Source: Malacoraja senta (lineage: Eukaryota). From it: a stretch of 64,000 bases of DNA. A program made the translations under genes and the position numbers. The notes beneath the pieces were generated by a model. The model did not search any database. It had not been told where the DNA came from and was given only the letters and a program-made list of their open reading frames with translations. The stretch lies in contig JAXLNO010000046.1 in assembly GCA_038087875.1 (NCBI GenBank), positions 1 to 64,000 of the forward strand, in the 5' to 3' direction. Shown one piece after another: positions 49,267-62,635 of the stretch (positions are counted from its first letter, which is position 1; every line of letters starts with the position of its first letter).

Positions 49267-52200
49267 CTGCAATAAAAACAAAGGAATTTTAAACGAGTAA
49301 ATCTACAAACTAATGCCAAGATCTGGTGGATAGCCAGAATTTGTATTACAAATAACCCATTCCACCAGGTTGGAGGTTAGGGCACCAAACACAGCTGCTA
49401 CACCTGAATATACCACTAGATGCATTTTATGAAATCATTTGAATTAATGCAAATTAGTCACAGATTCCAAGGGAAGTTTACAATAGTTCCAAATGTCTAA
49501 ACAATTCAGTAGTCAGATTAGCCATCCAGCACTTGCCAAGTAATATTTGTGATGGCCAACTGGAGGAAAGTCACAATCACTAACTTTATTGCAGCTATTT
49601 GGATTTCACGATAATGAAGGAGTATTTAATTTCCAAGGAAATGAGGGTATTTTAATCCTAATACCTAAATATTAGTTGACTCACTGAAATGTTCTGTGGC
49701 TACAAGATTAAAAAAGTACAGTCTTCACTCCTATAGGTTTCAGGGTTGTTCCATTTCCTACCTCTGTTTTCGGAGCACTTTGTTCCTCTACTTTAGCATC
49801 AGGTTGATTTTTCACCCAATCATCCCAGGACTGATGTAGTTTCTCCTGAACACCATGGAGTTTCTGATTTGCTGAATCCACTCCTTTCTTTGCCAATTCA
49901 ATCTATAAACAAACCTGGTTATAAGATGCTGGAAAAAACACCCTAAAATTTGTCCCTCACCAATTCTCCTCCAGCAAGAGTTCACAAGACTGAGTTTTAT
50001 CAGTAAGCCCTTTAGATGCTTGCAGAGTATTGAAAGGTGTGTTAACATAAGAGATGTTCTTGGCCAATACAAATATTCACACATGCCATTGTGGCTGTAC
50101 ACATTATTACCCCAGAATAGTGAAGGTGTAAACTGAAGAAACTCAGCGGTTCAGCCAACACTCCATTACATCAAAATGGTTTTTAAACCCCTGAGGAATG
50201 GTGTCCACCTGCCCCAAATTAATGGTGAAGGGAATATGGAAAGGTTTAGAAGGATATGGGCCAAACACAGGCAGTTTGGTCAAGTGTAGATGGGGCACCA
50301 TTTCTATGTTGCATGACCGGCAGGAAGTGGATGTGGACTTGGCATCCAACACGTGGACATCTCAAATGTCTACCTTGTACAGTGTAAACAAGAATAGAGC
50401 TACAGGAAATACAAGTGCACTTCCAGAGAGCCATCTTGTGCTCAATGGGCCAGACCACATCCAAGCTGCAACTCAAGTGCTTAAAGATAGAGCAGTGCAT
50501 AATTTGTGGTTTAAAGCAGCAAAAATAATTCTTACCAGATCCATTGTGTTGTGAAGTTGAGAGATGATTTCTTGGCTGCTTTGCCTAACCTTCTGTATCT
50601 TAGCAGTGGAGTGCTGATATGCTCTGTGACGAACCTTGGAGGACAAAGATCCCAAACGCACATAGTAACTTGACTCTTGTACTGGGGCCAACTCAAAACC
50701 TTCTGTAGATGTGGCCAGTTTTGCTGGAATACAGGAAAGGTTAGAGGCAGTTTAGGACTGTTGAACATTAAACACCAACTAGATTTAATGTACTAACCAA
50801 AACTACCATTTACGTTGAAATTTCTAGCATTTGTTTGAAGATAGATTATAGAAGCTATGATTGTGAGGTTATCCACTTTGGTGGCAAGAACAAGAAGGTA
50901 GATTCTCTGAATGGTGTCAGGTTAGGAAAAGGTGAAGTACAAAGAGACCTGGGTGTGCTTGTACATCAGTCACTGAAAGTATGCATGCAGGTACAGCAGG
51001 CAGTGAAGAAAGCAAATGGCATGTTGGCCTTCATAACGAGAGGAGTTGAGAAAAGGAGCAAAGAGGTCCTTCTGCAGTTGTACAGGGTCCTGGTGAGACC
51101 ACACCTGGAGTATTGTGTGCAGTTCTGGTCTCCTAATTTGAGGAAGGACATTCTGGCTATTGAGGGAATGCAGCGTAGGTTCACAAGGTTAATTCCCGGG
51201 ATGGCGGGACTGTCATATGAAAGAAAGGAGCGACTGGGTTTGTATGCACTGGAATTTAGTAGGATGAGAGGGGATCTTATAGAAACATAACATTAAGGGA
51301 AATGGACACGCTAGTTGCAGGAAACATGTTCCCAATGTAGGGGGAGTCCAGAACCAGGTGCCACAGTTTAAGAATAAGGGGTAGGCCATTTAGAACTGAG
51401 ATGAGGAAAAACCTTTTCACCCAGAGAGTGGTGAATTTGTGGAATTCTCTGCCTCAGAAGGCAGGAGGCCAATTCGCTGGATGCATTCAAAAGAGTTAGA
51501 TAGAGCTCTTGGGGTTAGAGGAATCAAGGGATATGGGGAGAAGGCAGGAACAGGGTAGTGATAGTGGATGATCAGCCATGATCACATTGAATGGCTGGCT
51601 CGAAGGGCCTACTCCTGCACCTATTGTCTATGTATCTATGTATTGTTGAGACTATTTAAATAGTTTATTTCAAACTTAAGTCTTCTGATCCTATCCATAA
51701 TTGCAAGCATTAGAATAGAACTGCCAGTGGAATCAGTAGGTACTGAATTGAATATATCAGACTTCACAACTTGCTCAGACTTCAGTGAAGTATTTGATAA
51801 AGTCTCAAATGTGAAACATTGGTAACTTTGTAGATGACAAAAGTTGACACTGTTTAGAACAAGATTAGTTGTAGCCCATTGGACCAGACTGTTTAGCTAA
51901 TGAGCGAAGGAAATAGGCACCGTTTCGGACCGAAACCCTTCTTCAGACTGATGGGGGGGTGGGGAGACGAAAGGAAAAAGGCGGAGGAGCCCGAGGGCTG
52001 AGAGGAGACAGCCCGAGGGCTGAAGGGGAGGAGACAGCAAGGGCTAACAGAATAGGGAGAATTCAATGTTCGTGCCACCAGGATGCAGACTCCCCAAGTG
52101 GAAGTTGACAGAGGAAGTGGAGGAGGAACTTGCATTAGGGGCCAAGCAAGATGGTGCACTTTGAGAACTATTAACAGTAGGACACACACAATAATAGGAA

Positions 52201-55200
52201 GGGTCCCAGGAGCATCAAGGAACAGAGGGAACTTGTATGTTGAACAAACCCTGAAGATAGCACCACAGGTAGATAGTGTGGAACACCAGATATTTGTCTT
52301 CATGAGCCAAGGCATAGATCATGAGAGATAATACAACTTTAAGATATTGGTTATGGTACGACTGGAGTAGTGGTCAGTACTGGTCAGCACACTGTAGGAA
52401 AACTTGCACGAGGAGATTCACCAGGATGTTGTTATGAAGTGACAGGATAGGCAGAGATCATTATTGTTCAAACAGATTTACAGCATAGACAGGAAGTATA
52501 TTTATAGGTAGCCGATGGTCAAAGTGTCCACTTGTGTTGTCAGACAACCACAATTATTGGTGTCCACCATATCCAAGACTGTCGGTGGGGCAGTGCACAA
52601 AGAAAGTCATGACTTAGAGATGTCTGTTCTTCGACCAAATCTGAAAACATTGATTCAGAAAGATTAAGATAAAGACTGACAACACCGATTGTCACAGTAT
52701 CCAACCTTCCTGCCCACCATACAGAAGACAACTTATACAAACCAAGTTTCTTACCTAGTTCTTCTTCAGTCAAAGGAAGATAATGATCAACCATCTCCTC
52801 AGATTTGTTGAATGCGTTGTCCACACCAGTGGCCACCATCTGGCCAACTTTGGATGTCATGACGGTGTTTACTCCTTCAACCACCACATTTCTGGTAATT
52901 TCAATGCTATTGTGTACAGCTCCCTTGGCCATGTCAACTACACCAGTCACAGTGTTGGAGACGGCATCTTTCGCTCCAGTGATGGTGGATGAAACAAGCA
53001 CCTTGGTGTCTGCAACAACCTGCAAAGACAATTTGGTATCCAATGGTGACAAGAACAAAATTCCATCTAGATGCAACTTTCTGGTTTTCACTGGGAAGCT
53101 AGCCAATCCATTTCATGAACTTTTGATCATTTATAATTGTTGAATGGATTAATTTGCCATTACCAATAACAATGTAAACTTTAACATTTGTTTAGAGAGA
53201 ATAGCACTTTGAATGGCAATACTTGCATTAGTGCAGCAATTTATATAGCTTACAGAAATTACATTGAAAGATAAAAATCTTGAATATACCACTGACGTCA
53301 GATATTGAACTCTGCAATCAAACCAGGTTCTTGCAAGTGAAGGCTTTATTTGCCATTTATACCAAATGAAGCACATAGCCCCCCAAAGCTGGAGTTTGCA
53401 CCAAAGATACTAGAGGAGCTTTGGTTTGCACACCTTTCCAAAGCCCCTATTGCAGGGTAGACGTTCCTTACCTGGGGTGTGGATTGTTGCAGGATTGGAA
53501 GCTTCTCTTCCAGTTTATCCAACCCCATACAGGCATATTCATTAGCTGCTGCAACTGAAGAGAACAGTTTAGTTACACAGTACTTATAAATGCAATAAAC
53601 CCCCTCACCCACAATGACACAACAACCTTGTATTCCACATGGTTGCCATGACCCGGGTCAAGTTACGCAACACGATCTTCCCGCTAGAAGTCCACATCAG
53701 GTGGTGATCCAAAATACATTTGTACTTGCCCCAAAACTCCAGCATTAAGGGCATGTGACAAATGTTTATACGAAGGGATACAGATCATGGTCAATACTTT
53801 GTATGGATGCCCTTAAGAAACGCTTCATTAGGAGCAGAAAGAGAAACTGAAATCATTTCAGGGCTTGAAACTTCTTGTGAACAGGCCAAGTGATATAGTG
53901 TGAAGGTCTAAATCAGAATGCAACTAATTCCATGTTTTATCTAGATATGTCTTACTTTGTGGTTCCAGCTTGTTCATGATGGGCTTGGCACCACTGACAG
54001 CCACAGCAGAGATTGCCATCACTCCCTGCTCTGCAACATCGCACACAGTCTTCATGTATGGGTGGTTCTCCTTGGTGTTGTTATAAACAGCTGACACCAT
54101 ATCATAGGCAGAGCTCACAAGAGGCAGGTTTGTAACCCTGTTCACCACATTCTGAAATAAAGTTGACATTTTTTCCATTAACACAAGCCCAAAATCAGGT
54201 CAAAATCAGTCACCCCCCACTTCACATTACCAGCAATGGGGTATAATATGCAGCCCCCTGCACTTGGATCTTCTACACCATCCCCACCCCAAGTTTTAAA
54301 GTTTATTTTGAATATACACAACTGAGGTTGAATTCCAAAGATTCAAAGCCATTACATTAGTGAATCACCAGCATTGACAATCCCTCGTTCTAGATAGCCC
54401 AACTCGTCTCAAAAAGTTGATAATTTACACGATCAGTTCTATCAGACTGAAGAAGGGTCTCAACCCAAAACGCCACCTATTCCTTCTCTGCCTGTCCCGC
54501 TGAGTTACTCCCACTGAGAATTTTGTGCCTATTCCCTCATGGTAGCTTGGCTGAATTTGTACAAAGACTCAGCGCGTAGTCTGTGAAACCATTCTTTTCC
54601 ACCATAAGAGTGTAACTCTTTCTTATTTCTTCTCTTTCTCAAACCCAGGTGACACTAACAGAATGTATTGGAGCCTACCAGAGAGAAGGCAATTCTGGAT
54701 TTGATGTTGTCTAAGGGAACTCAAGGTAAAGGAACCACTAGGAGGTAGTGACCATAATATGATAAGTTTTAATCTGCAATTTGAGGGAGGAGGTTAAATC
54801 AGAAGTGTCAGTGTTGCAGTTGAACAAAGGGGACTATGTTGGCATGAGGGAGGAGCTGGCCAAAGTTGACTGGAAAAGGACCCTAGCAGGAATGACGGTG
54901 GAACAGCAATGACAAGAATTTCTGGGTATAATCCAGAAGATGCAGGATCATGTCATTCCAAAGAGGAAGAAAGATTCTAAGCGGAGTAAGAGTCATCCAT
55001 GGCTGACAAGGGAAGTTAAGGATGGAATAAAACTAAAAGAAAACACAACAAAGAGTAGTGGGAAGCCAGAGGATTGGGAAACTTTCAAAGGATAACAAGA
55101 AGGTAACAAAAAGGGCAATACGGGGTGAAAAGATGAAGTACGAAGGTAAGCTCGCCAAGAATATAAGGGATAGTAAAAGCTTCTTTAGGTATGTCAAGAG

Positions 55201-58200
55201 AAAAAGATTAGTAAAGACAAATGTGGGTCCCTTGAAGGCAGAAACAGTTGAAATGATTATTGGGAACAAGGAAATGGCAGAAGAGTTGAACATGTACTTT
55301 GGTTCTGTCTTCACCAAGGAGGACACAAACAATCTCCCAGATGTACTAGAGGACAGAGGATCTAGGAAGACAGAGGAACTGAAAGAAATTTGCATTAGGC
55401 GAGAAATAGTATTGGTGGACTGATGGGACTGAAGGCCGATAAATCCTCAGGGCCTGATGGTCTGCATCCCAAGGTACTCAAGAAGGTTGCTCTAGAAATA
55501 GTGGATGCATTGGTGATCATTTTCCAATGTTCTATAGATTCAGGATCAGTTCCTGTGGATTGGAGGGTAGCTAATGTTATCCCATTTTTAAAGAAAATGG
55601 CGAGAGAGAAAACAGGGAATTATAGACCTGACATCTGACAACATTATCAGTCTGACATCAGTGGTGGGGAAAATGCTGGAGTCAATTATTAAAGAAGTAA
55701 TAACAGCACAATGGACACACTAGATGCAGGAAAAATGTTCCCAATTTTGGAGAGTCCAGAGGCCACAGTCTAAGAATACAGGGGAGGCCATTTAAAACTG
55801 AGATGAGAAAACCCCTTTTTCACCCAGAGAGTTGTGAATTTGTGGTATTCTCTGCCACAGAAGGCAGTGGAGGCCAATTCACTGGATGAATCTAAAAGAG
55901 TGTTAGATAGAGCTCTTGGGGCCAGCGGAAACAAGGGGCAGGAGGCAGGAACGGGGTACAGATTGTGTATGATCAGCCATGATCACAATGAATGGCAGTG
56001 CTGGCTCAAAGGGCCGAATGGCCTTCACCTGAACCTATTTTCTATGTTTCTAATGTCCCTTTTACACTGATCAAATCAGCTCTCCTGCATCGGCTCAAAC
56101 TGAACACTTTACTGGGAGGATCTCCACAGCTCAAAGACCCACTGAATGTTGTCAAAAACCCTACACACAATTATAGATCTTTAATTGGAGAGGGAGCCTG
56201 CCAGGTTCCAAATGCCACATCCATCCCCAGCAAACCTCTATTCCCTCAGTCAGAGGTACAGCAGAGCTAGGCCAGTCATGGCCTGGTCCCATTTTCCTGC
56301 ATTTGGCCCATAGCCCTCTAAACCTTCCTGTCCATATATCAGTCTAAATGTATTTTAAATGTCTCAATTTCCTCTGCTTCTATTGCTTCCTCCACCAGCA
56401 GCTTATTCCAAATAAAGACATTCCTTCTTGTGATAATGTCCCCTCACCCACCCAATAAATCACTCTACCTCCCCTCAAGACCATGTCCTTTAGTTTTAGA
56501 ATCCTCTAACCTGGGAATAACAGATTGTTTATTTTATCCGTACCCCTCATGATCTTCTATGACTCAAGAAAACCTCACAGCCTCCCATGCTGGAAACAAA
56601 GTCACCCTCAGCCTTCTACACTCCAAAGAAAAACATCCCAGCCTCTAACCTCTTTATAACTTCAATTCTGTCAACATTCTGGTGAATCACTTTTGCATCC
56701 TTTCCAACTTGAAGACATTCTTCCTATAGCTGGACAGCCAGAACTGCACACAGCATCCCAAGTGTGGTCTCACCAATGATATCAGCTGCAACACGATGAC
56801 CTACCTTTCGTACTCAATACCTTTCCCAAGAAGGCAAGCTTGCCAAATGCCTTCTTCACAACACTCTAGGTCTGGAACATACACCGTGCAAGTCTTCCCT
56901 TGTTTGGCATTACCAAAGTGAAACATCCAAGTTAAATTCCATTTGCTATTACTTTCCCAACTGATAGAGATCATGTTGCAAACTTTAGATATCCTTTCTC
57001 TACTCTGCACCTATTGTCTAATGTCTCACTGCCCACTATTGGTGTAACTGGTTTCCTTTATTCATTACAACCTCAAAACTCAGATTTGTCAAAACAAGAT
57101 TTTCCTTCCATCAGCTGACAACAGATGAAATTCCATCAACTTCAACACTGATTTATTTCAGCTCATTCACTCTGCACCCGTTATTCTCCACTACAAAGTC
57201 ATTTTCCATTCAAGTGGAAATTGAGAGAGTGCAGTGCTTTAAAACAAAACAGACCGCATCAAATTTACACTAAAAAGCCATTACAGCAAAACTGAATCTA
57301 GCTCATTTTGTATATGGTGTTAGACTTGCAGACTTTATGAATGCTATTCTTAACAATGTTTATATTCACATGGGTTGTTAGATGGGAGTCCCAGTCATCA
57401 TGAGCCAGACACCACAAGATTATCGCACTTTTACTTCATGTTGTCCCACACTTCAACTACAGAACCATCCAATCACCACAGCTCGGCCAAAAAAAAGTTA
57501 TGCTCAAACCAATTTCTCCAGCTGCTGTTACATCTAATTTCACAAAACTGCCCACCCGTCTCACTGAGAGTTTAAATCTTTCTACAACCCAAAACTTGCC
57601 ACTATTCATTAGGACCTTAAAAATGCCTCAGCAAAATTAGTTTCTAGTTAAAATGTTATCACAGGAGATGCAACAATATTCACTTCTGGACTGATAAGAG
57701 TAAAACAAATCCACAATGACTGATGTTTGAAGATCACAACCTGCAGCTTTGCAAGATAAAAGGGCTCCGATTACAAACAAGATTTCATACAATATATTAA
57801 TTTCATCAAGAAGAAATGCCACAATTTGTTGTGCGATTGGACTCGTACAAGACTGGCCCTCAAATCCTCACCTTGCTCCCCAAAGTGGGGAGAGAGGGGC
57901 TTTAACTGGGTTTTCATCCAACTGGCCAAGAGGAAACTACAGCAGCCATTTTGAAGAATTGTAACACGATTTTATAAACTACAATAAGGAGTAATTTTAA
58001 CAAAGCAAGATTTTTTTTATGCTTAAAGCAAGGAAATCTAAAATAAAGAATTTGCTAAATAGAAAGAAAAGAGAATGCCAAAAAGAGAATTCTAAGCCAA
58101 TTGCCGCTGTTGTCGGGCAGTGTGTGAGTTACAGAAGTTTTACAGAAGTTACAGAAGTTTTAAAGAAGTGGGTGAAAGGTCGCAGCTCGAGTGTGTGAGT

Positions 58201-58429
58201 CAGACGGTGACAATTCCCGGAACAGCCCACAGCGCTTCTTCCACTCGTGACCCCAGAGCCGTGTTGTAACCACCGTGGGTCCGGGGTCCGGAGCCGGGGG
58301 GGGGGGGGGGGGGGGGGGTGGTCAGTGCGGCCGGAATGAGACCAGGGTCAGGGTCAGGGTCGGGCTTGGTACCTTCTGCTCGTCGCCAACAACAGCCACT
58401 TCAACGTTTGTAGACACTTCGGACGCCAT
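48892..58429 (-). CDS. PLIN3: Perilipin (PLIN3-like; PLIN2/3 family lipid-droplet coat protein), 434 aa; complement(join(48892..49266,49762..49902,50536..50723,52755..53019,53472..53554,53956..54151,58373..58429))
   Basis: Open frame across 7 GT-AG exons, Kozak GCCATGG. Contains the PAT domain ([38 protein letters not shown]; [21 protein letters not shown]), 11-mer repeat region, [11 protein letters not shown] and C-terminal [20 protein letters not shown]. The family call is firm. PLIN3 rather than PLIN2 is inferred from synteny with HDGFL2 and from the lack of PLIN4 repeats and the PLIN5 tail. Confidence 0.85.
49762..49902 (-). CDS. PLIN3: Perilipin exon
   Basis: ttatag|ATT...GAG|gtagga; encodes [29 protein letters not shown]...KTE. 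Confidence 0.92.
50536..50723 (-). CDS. PLIN3: Perilipin exon
   Basis: ttccag|CA...CTG|gtaag; encodes [38 protein letters not shown]...MDL. Confidence 0.93.
50862..51642 (+). mobile_element. CR1 LINE 3' fragment (perilipin intron)
   Basis: ORF 50835-51290 and CR1 3'UTR. Confidence 0.9.
52755..53019 (-). CDS. PLIN3: Perilipin exon (11-mer amphipathic repeats)
   Basis: ttgcag|GTT...CTAG|gtaag; encodes [11 protein letters not shown]...[17 protein letters not shown]. Confidence 0.93.
53472..53554 (-). CDS. PLIN3: Perilipin exon (PAT domain end)
   Basis: ttcag|TTGCA...CAG|gtaagg; 83 nt; encodes [26 protein letters not shown]. Confidence 0.93.
53956..54151 (-). CDS. PLIN3: Perilipin exon (PAT domain)
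   Basis: tttcag|AATGTG...CAAA|gtaag; 196 nt. Confidence 0.93.
54670..56052 (+). mobile_element. CR1 LINE with internal deletion of most of RT
   Basis: Endonuclease end (GGSDHNMI), linker ORFs 55058 and 55423, then a jump to the 3' end at ~55710. Confidence 0.85.
58373..58429 (-). CDS. PLIN3: Perilipin first coding exon ([19 protein letters not shown])
   Basis: Acceptor ctccatag| with exon starting at 58438, 9-nt UTR then GCCATGG; donor AAG|gtacca. Confidence 0.85.
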
Positions 58430-58715
58430 GGCGGAAATCTATGGAGAAGAAACGGGTCAAATCAGGCGGTTCAACTCTTCATCCACATCAGCGACAAGTC
58501 ACGGGGAAAGAAAGTTATTAACTCGTCGGCAGAGATCGGTTGGGGGATAAAAACTACACAAAAATAAAGTTTCTAAGTATATAAAATTTAAAGATGTAAA
58601 ATACTGGAAAACATTTGCGTAACCGTCACAGTTACTTTGAACATGAATGAATAAGTTGAGTGGAGGGTAGACTCGCCGACCCGACCCGACCCGTGGGACA
58701 CACGCAGCCACCAAC

Positions 58716-58930
58716 CTTGTGTGAGACGCTCGCTTCTCCAGGGTGGGGACTGGAGCCGCGACCGATGATTTAAACCCCCGGTGACGGGTCGGGTGGGGCC
58801 CTGAGCGATTGACAGCAGCTCCAACCAGCCAACCTTGAACGAAGCAAACCGAAAGCAGTCATGGGTCAATGAGAATGGGCGGTGTCGGCATGGAGGAGAT
58901 GACGAGGTGGGCAGTGGAGCAAGGACCCAC
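58716..58930 (-). promoter_or_regulatory. Perilipin promoter and probable non-coding exon 1 (~58716-58750)
   Basis: CpG-rich island (~58170-58930), TATA-like TTTAAA at ~58770, CAAT-like motif at ~58808, GC box at ~58877, donor AAG|gttggt at 58715. Confidence 0.55.
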
Positions 58931-59679
58931 ATCTTTTTTTTATTAACATTTCATTGCAAATGTAGAATTACAAGTCTGTAGAAGGGACTCGACCCTGAAA
59001 CATCACCTATCCATGTTCTCCAGAGTTGCTGCCTGACCCGTTGAGGTACTCCAGCACTTTTTTTTTGTAAACCATCTCCTGCAGTTCCTTGTTCCAGAAT
59101 CACAAAATGCAGATTGAGCCATTTGAGTCATTCATTTGAGTCATGCCAAAGTACTACGCCTGGATGTAATGAGAGGAAGTATTGGATATTATTATGACTT
59201 TTTACAACCATTCTTTGTGCTGAAGTTGGTTTAGGTGAGGATTTGTGCAACATGGTTTAAGAACCTGACAGATGATGGAAGAAGCTGTTCTTGAATCTGG
59301 ATGAAACGGTTCTCGAGACTCTGTACTTCTTTCCTGATTCTAACAGAGGATGGTGTAGATCTGTGGTGACATTAGCAATCATTTGGAGGCAGCATTATAG
59401 AGAGGTCAATACTCATGATGGACCAGGCAATGTCCATCATGTTCTGCAGCCTCCTTCATTGTTGACCATTCGAATGATGGAACGAAGCAATGAAGTAACC
59501 AGTCTGTGTGCTTTCCATGAGGAATGCAGTGTGTCCAGTACAGATCAGGAGAGATTTGTGTGCTCAGGAATTTGAAGCTGCTGACTCTCCACGCCTGTTC
59601 CCTGAATGAAGAAGGATGTTCCATCCCTCGGCACTTTCTTGGAACAAATACATAGCTACCAAAAGTGGTGACACAGAGA

Positions 59680-60830
59680 TATTCTTATACTCAATGCCCC
59701 TGGCAATGAAGGCAAACATACCATATGCCTTCTTTACCACCCTATCTTCTTGAGCTGTGAACTTGGACTCCAAGATCACTCTGAACATCAATGCTGTTAA
59801 GGATCTTGCCATTAATTGTATACTCTCATGTCCCAAAGTGCAACACCTCACACTTGCCTCTGTCTTCTATGCCATTCACCTTGAATCCCGTAAATCTTAA
59901 TCTACGGAGATCAGCCTACCATGAGGGACTTTATCAAATGCCTGAGTAAAGTCCATGGATACAACATCCACCACCCTATCCTCATCAATCTCCTTTGTCA
60001 CCTCCTCAAAAACACTCAATCAAATGAGTAAAACCCCTGTCCCACGGTACGAGTTCATTCCAAGAGCTCTCCCGAGTTTGCCCTGATTCGAACTCGGAGA
60101 TTTACGGTAATGGCCACTTGTCGGTACTCGGGGCTCTCGTGGACATTTTTCATCATGTTGAAAAATCTTCACGAGTCTTCCCGTGCTTACCTGCCGTGAG
60201 TCTTCCCGAGTACCCGCCGTCAGCGCTAAGAGACGTCCCCGAGCTCCAACGTACCCGCTACGTTCATTCTCTGTGCTTACCATGAGTTTGATTTTTTTTA
60301 AACTCGGGAGAGCTCTTGGAATGAACTCGCACTGTGGGACAGGGCTATAAGACATGACCTGCCGCATTCTCTCTAATATTTCCCTCCCACTGATGGAGGC
60401 TCACAGGCCTATAGTTCCTTGGATTCCCTCTATTCCCCTTTTTAAACAAAAGAACAGCATTGGTCGCTCTCCAGTCCTCCAGGATCTTGCCTGTGGCTAG
60501 AGAAGAAATAAAGATCCTCTTCAAGATCCCATCAGGCCCAGGGGACATCCACCTTAATGCTTTTCAAGAGCCTCAGCACTACCTTCTCGATCTCAAACTG
60601 CCCTAGCATAATTGTAGTCTCCAAGTCCTTCTTTTCAGTGAATACAGGTATTCATTTAGTACCTCGCATCCTCTGACTCCGCATAGATTTCTTCCTTTAT
60701 CTGACCTTCTCCCAGGTCACCATCTTGGTTTAATGTGTGTATAAACTGCCTTGAGATTTGCCTTAATCCGACTTGCCAATGACATTTCATGGCTGCCTTT
60801 GGCCGTTCTACACCCACTAGAGTTCCTTCC
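59680..60830 (-). mobile_element. Old CR1 LINE fragment
   Basis: NPRNYRPVSL, GRSCLTHL, FDKVPH motifs. Confidence 0.7.
60032..60347. mobile_element. PIF/Harbinger-type MITE inserted in CR1
   Basis: ~48-bp TIR (CCCTGTCCCAC..GAGTTCATTCCAAGAGCTCTCCCGAGTTT), TSD TAA; removing it restores the CR1 motif GRSCLTHL. Confidence 0.85.
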
Positions 60831-62219
60831 TACTCACCATATTCTGCAGAAGCTCCATCTGATGCCATCAAAGATAGAAATATTCTCAATCCTCATTGAA
60901 TCCAGCATTGGACAGAAGAACTAGAGTTGAAGCTGTAACATGTTGACCTGTGGCCTCTACATCAGTCTGCCTGACAACAGTGATGAAGACATCAGAAAGC
61001 ACCAGATTGGAATAAATTAATCTGGGAAGACATTGGCTAAATGAAAGAGCCAACAAGGATTTGTTATAATGTCTTATTGGCAAGATTGAATTATTTCCAG
61101 GCACAGCAAATAATCACAAGAAACATTGAATGTGAAACATGCTCAATGTTAACAAAGGGGGACGTGAAACTGGTTTACTAATCATGCCAATGACATTTCA
61201 TGGCTCCCATTGGCCATTCTAACCACCCACTAATAGTGACAGTGGGCAGATCCACAAGACAGGTCAGGTGGCAGTTGTGGAGGCAATTAACAATTGATAT
61301 TCAGGTTAGGACGATTCAGTGTGAAGATTCAAGTTTGTAGCGCCTGCAGTTTGCATCTCCAGATCCTTTATAGATTGGGAACTTAACAGCAGATTGCTTA
61401 ACAATCGATTTTTATTTAATTACTCCTTAATTTTCTAAGGTGTCTAGACTTGTGTGTAGTGAACAGAATTCAGTTTGCAGATGATAAGACCTAGTTAAGA
61501 TTGCTCAAGGATTGTTTTAACAAAGATGTGCAGGTTTGTAGGGTAATTGGCTTCTGTAAATTGATCCTAGTGTCTAGGATAGAACTAGTGTATGGGTGAT
61601 TGCTGGTCACCAACGACTCTGTGGGGTCTGTTTCCACACTATATCTCTAAACTAAATCAGGTGGTGAAATAGGCAGAAGCATGGCTTGTATTTATAGTAT
61701 GTACTTTGAAATGCATTTATATGTCAATAAAATTGTAAATGGGCCAATTAAATGGTGACCAAGTTGCCCATTAACATTATTCCTATCAGATAACGTGGTC
61801 AAAGATTCCATTCATGACATGAAGAAATGTGCTAGAATCTCAATTACAGAAGAAGCAGCACTTCTAGGCTTGAACAATTCTGACTGTTGGTAAAACGGAG
61901 ACTTTTAGAAGGGAATACATGAATCTTCCATGAGATTAATGAGGGGCTTCTGTCTGAGGTGTTGGACAAATAAGATTGTCTTCATTGGAAGACAGGTTTT
62001 CAAAAGTAGCCCAATAAAAAATGGACAGGTTTTAATAGGGAAATAACGGACAGCAGGTAGAATAGTTGTCAATAACCAAATACATTTGAAACTGGATTTT
62101 AGGAGTGAACTGGGCATGACAAATATTACAAAGAAGGCATCATGTACTAGTGCAACAAGAACAGGTTCACTTTAAGTGGAACATTGAGCAAGTTAAGTGT
62201 GGCTCAGAATGAGCAGCCA

Positions 62220-62635
62220 GCTGGGGTGAATGGACAATGTTATGCTGGGGTGATACATGGACAATGCTCTGCTGGGGTGATACATGGACAATGTTATGCT
62301 GGGGTGATACATGGACAATGCTAGTGTTGGGGTGAATGGACAATGCTAGTGTTGGGGTGATACATGGACAATGTTATGCTGGGGTGATACATGGACAATG
62401 CTCTGCTGGGGTGATACATGGACAATGCTCTGCTGGGGTGATACATGGACAATGTTATGCTGGGGTGATACATGGACAATGTTATGCTGGGGTGATACAT
62501 GGACAATGCTAGTGCTGGGGTGATACATGGACAATGTTATGCTGGGGTGAATGGACAATGCTAGTGTTGGGGTGAATGGACAATGCTAGTGCTGGGGTGA
62601 TACATGGACAATGTTATGCTGGGGTGATACATGGA
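62220..62635. repeat. 27-bp minisatellite (~16 units, some 24-bp variants)
   Basis: Unit gctggggtgatacatggacaatgttat. Confidence 0.95.

Noticed and set aside
58671-58680. GC-type donor (TCG|GCGAGT) for perilipin exon 1
   Set aside because: A better canonical donor AAG|GTTGGT exists at 58715.
62220-62635. Repetitive ORFs 62321-62506 and 62346-62558
   Set aside because: Translation of a 27-bp minisatellite. It does not resemble PLIN4 33-mer repeats and has no splice context.
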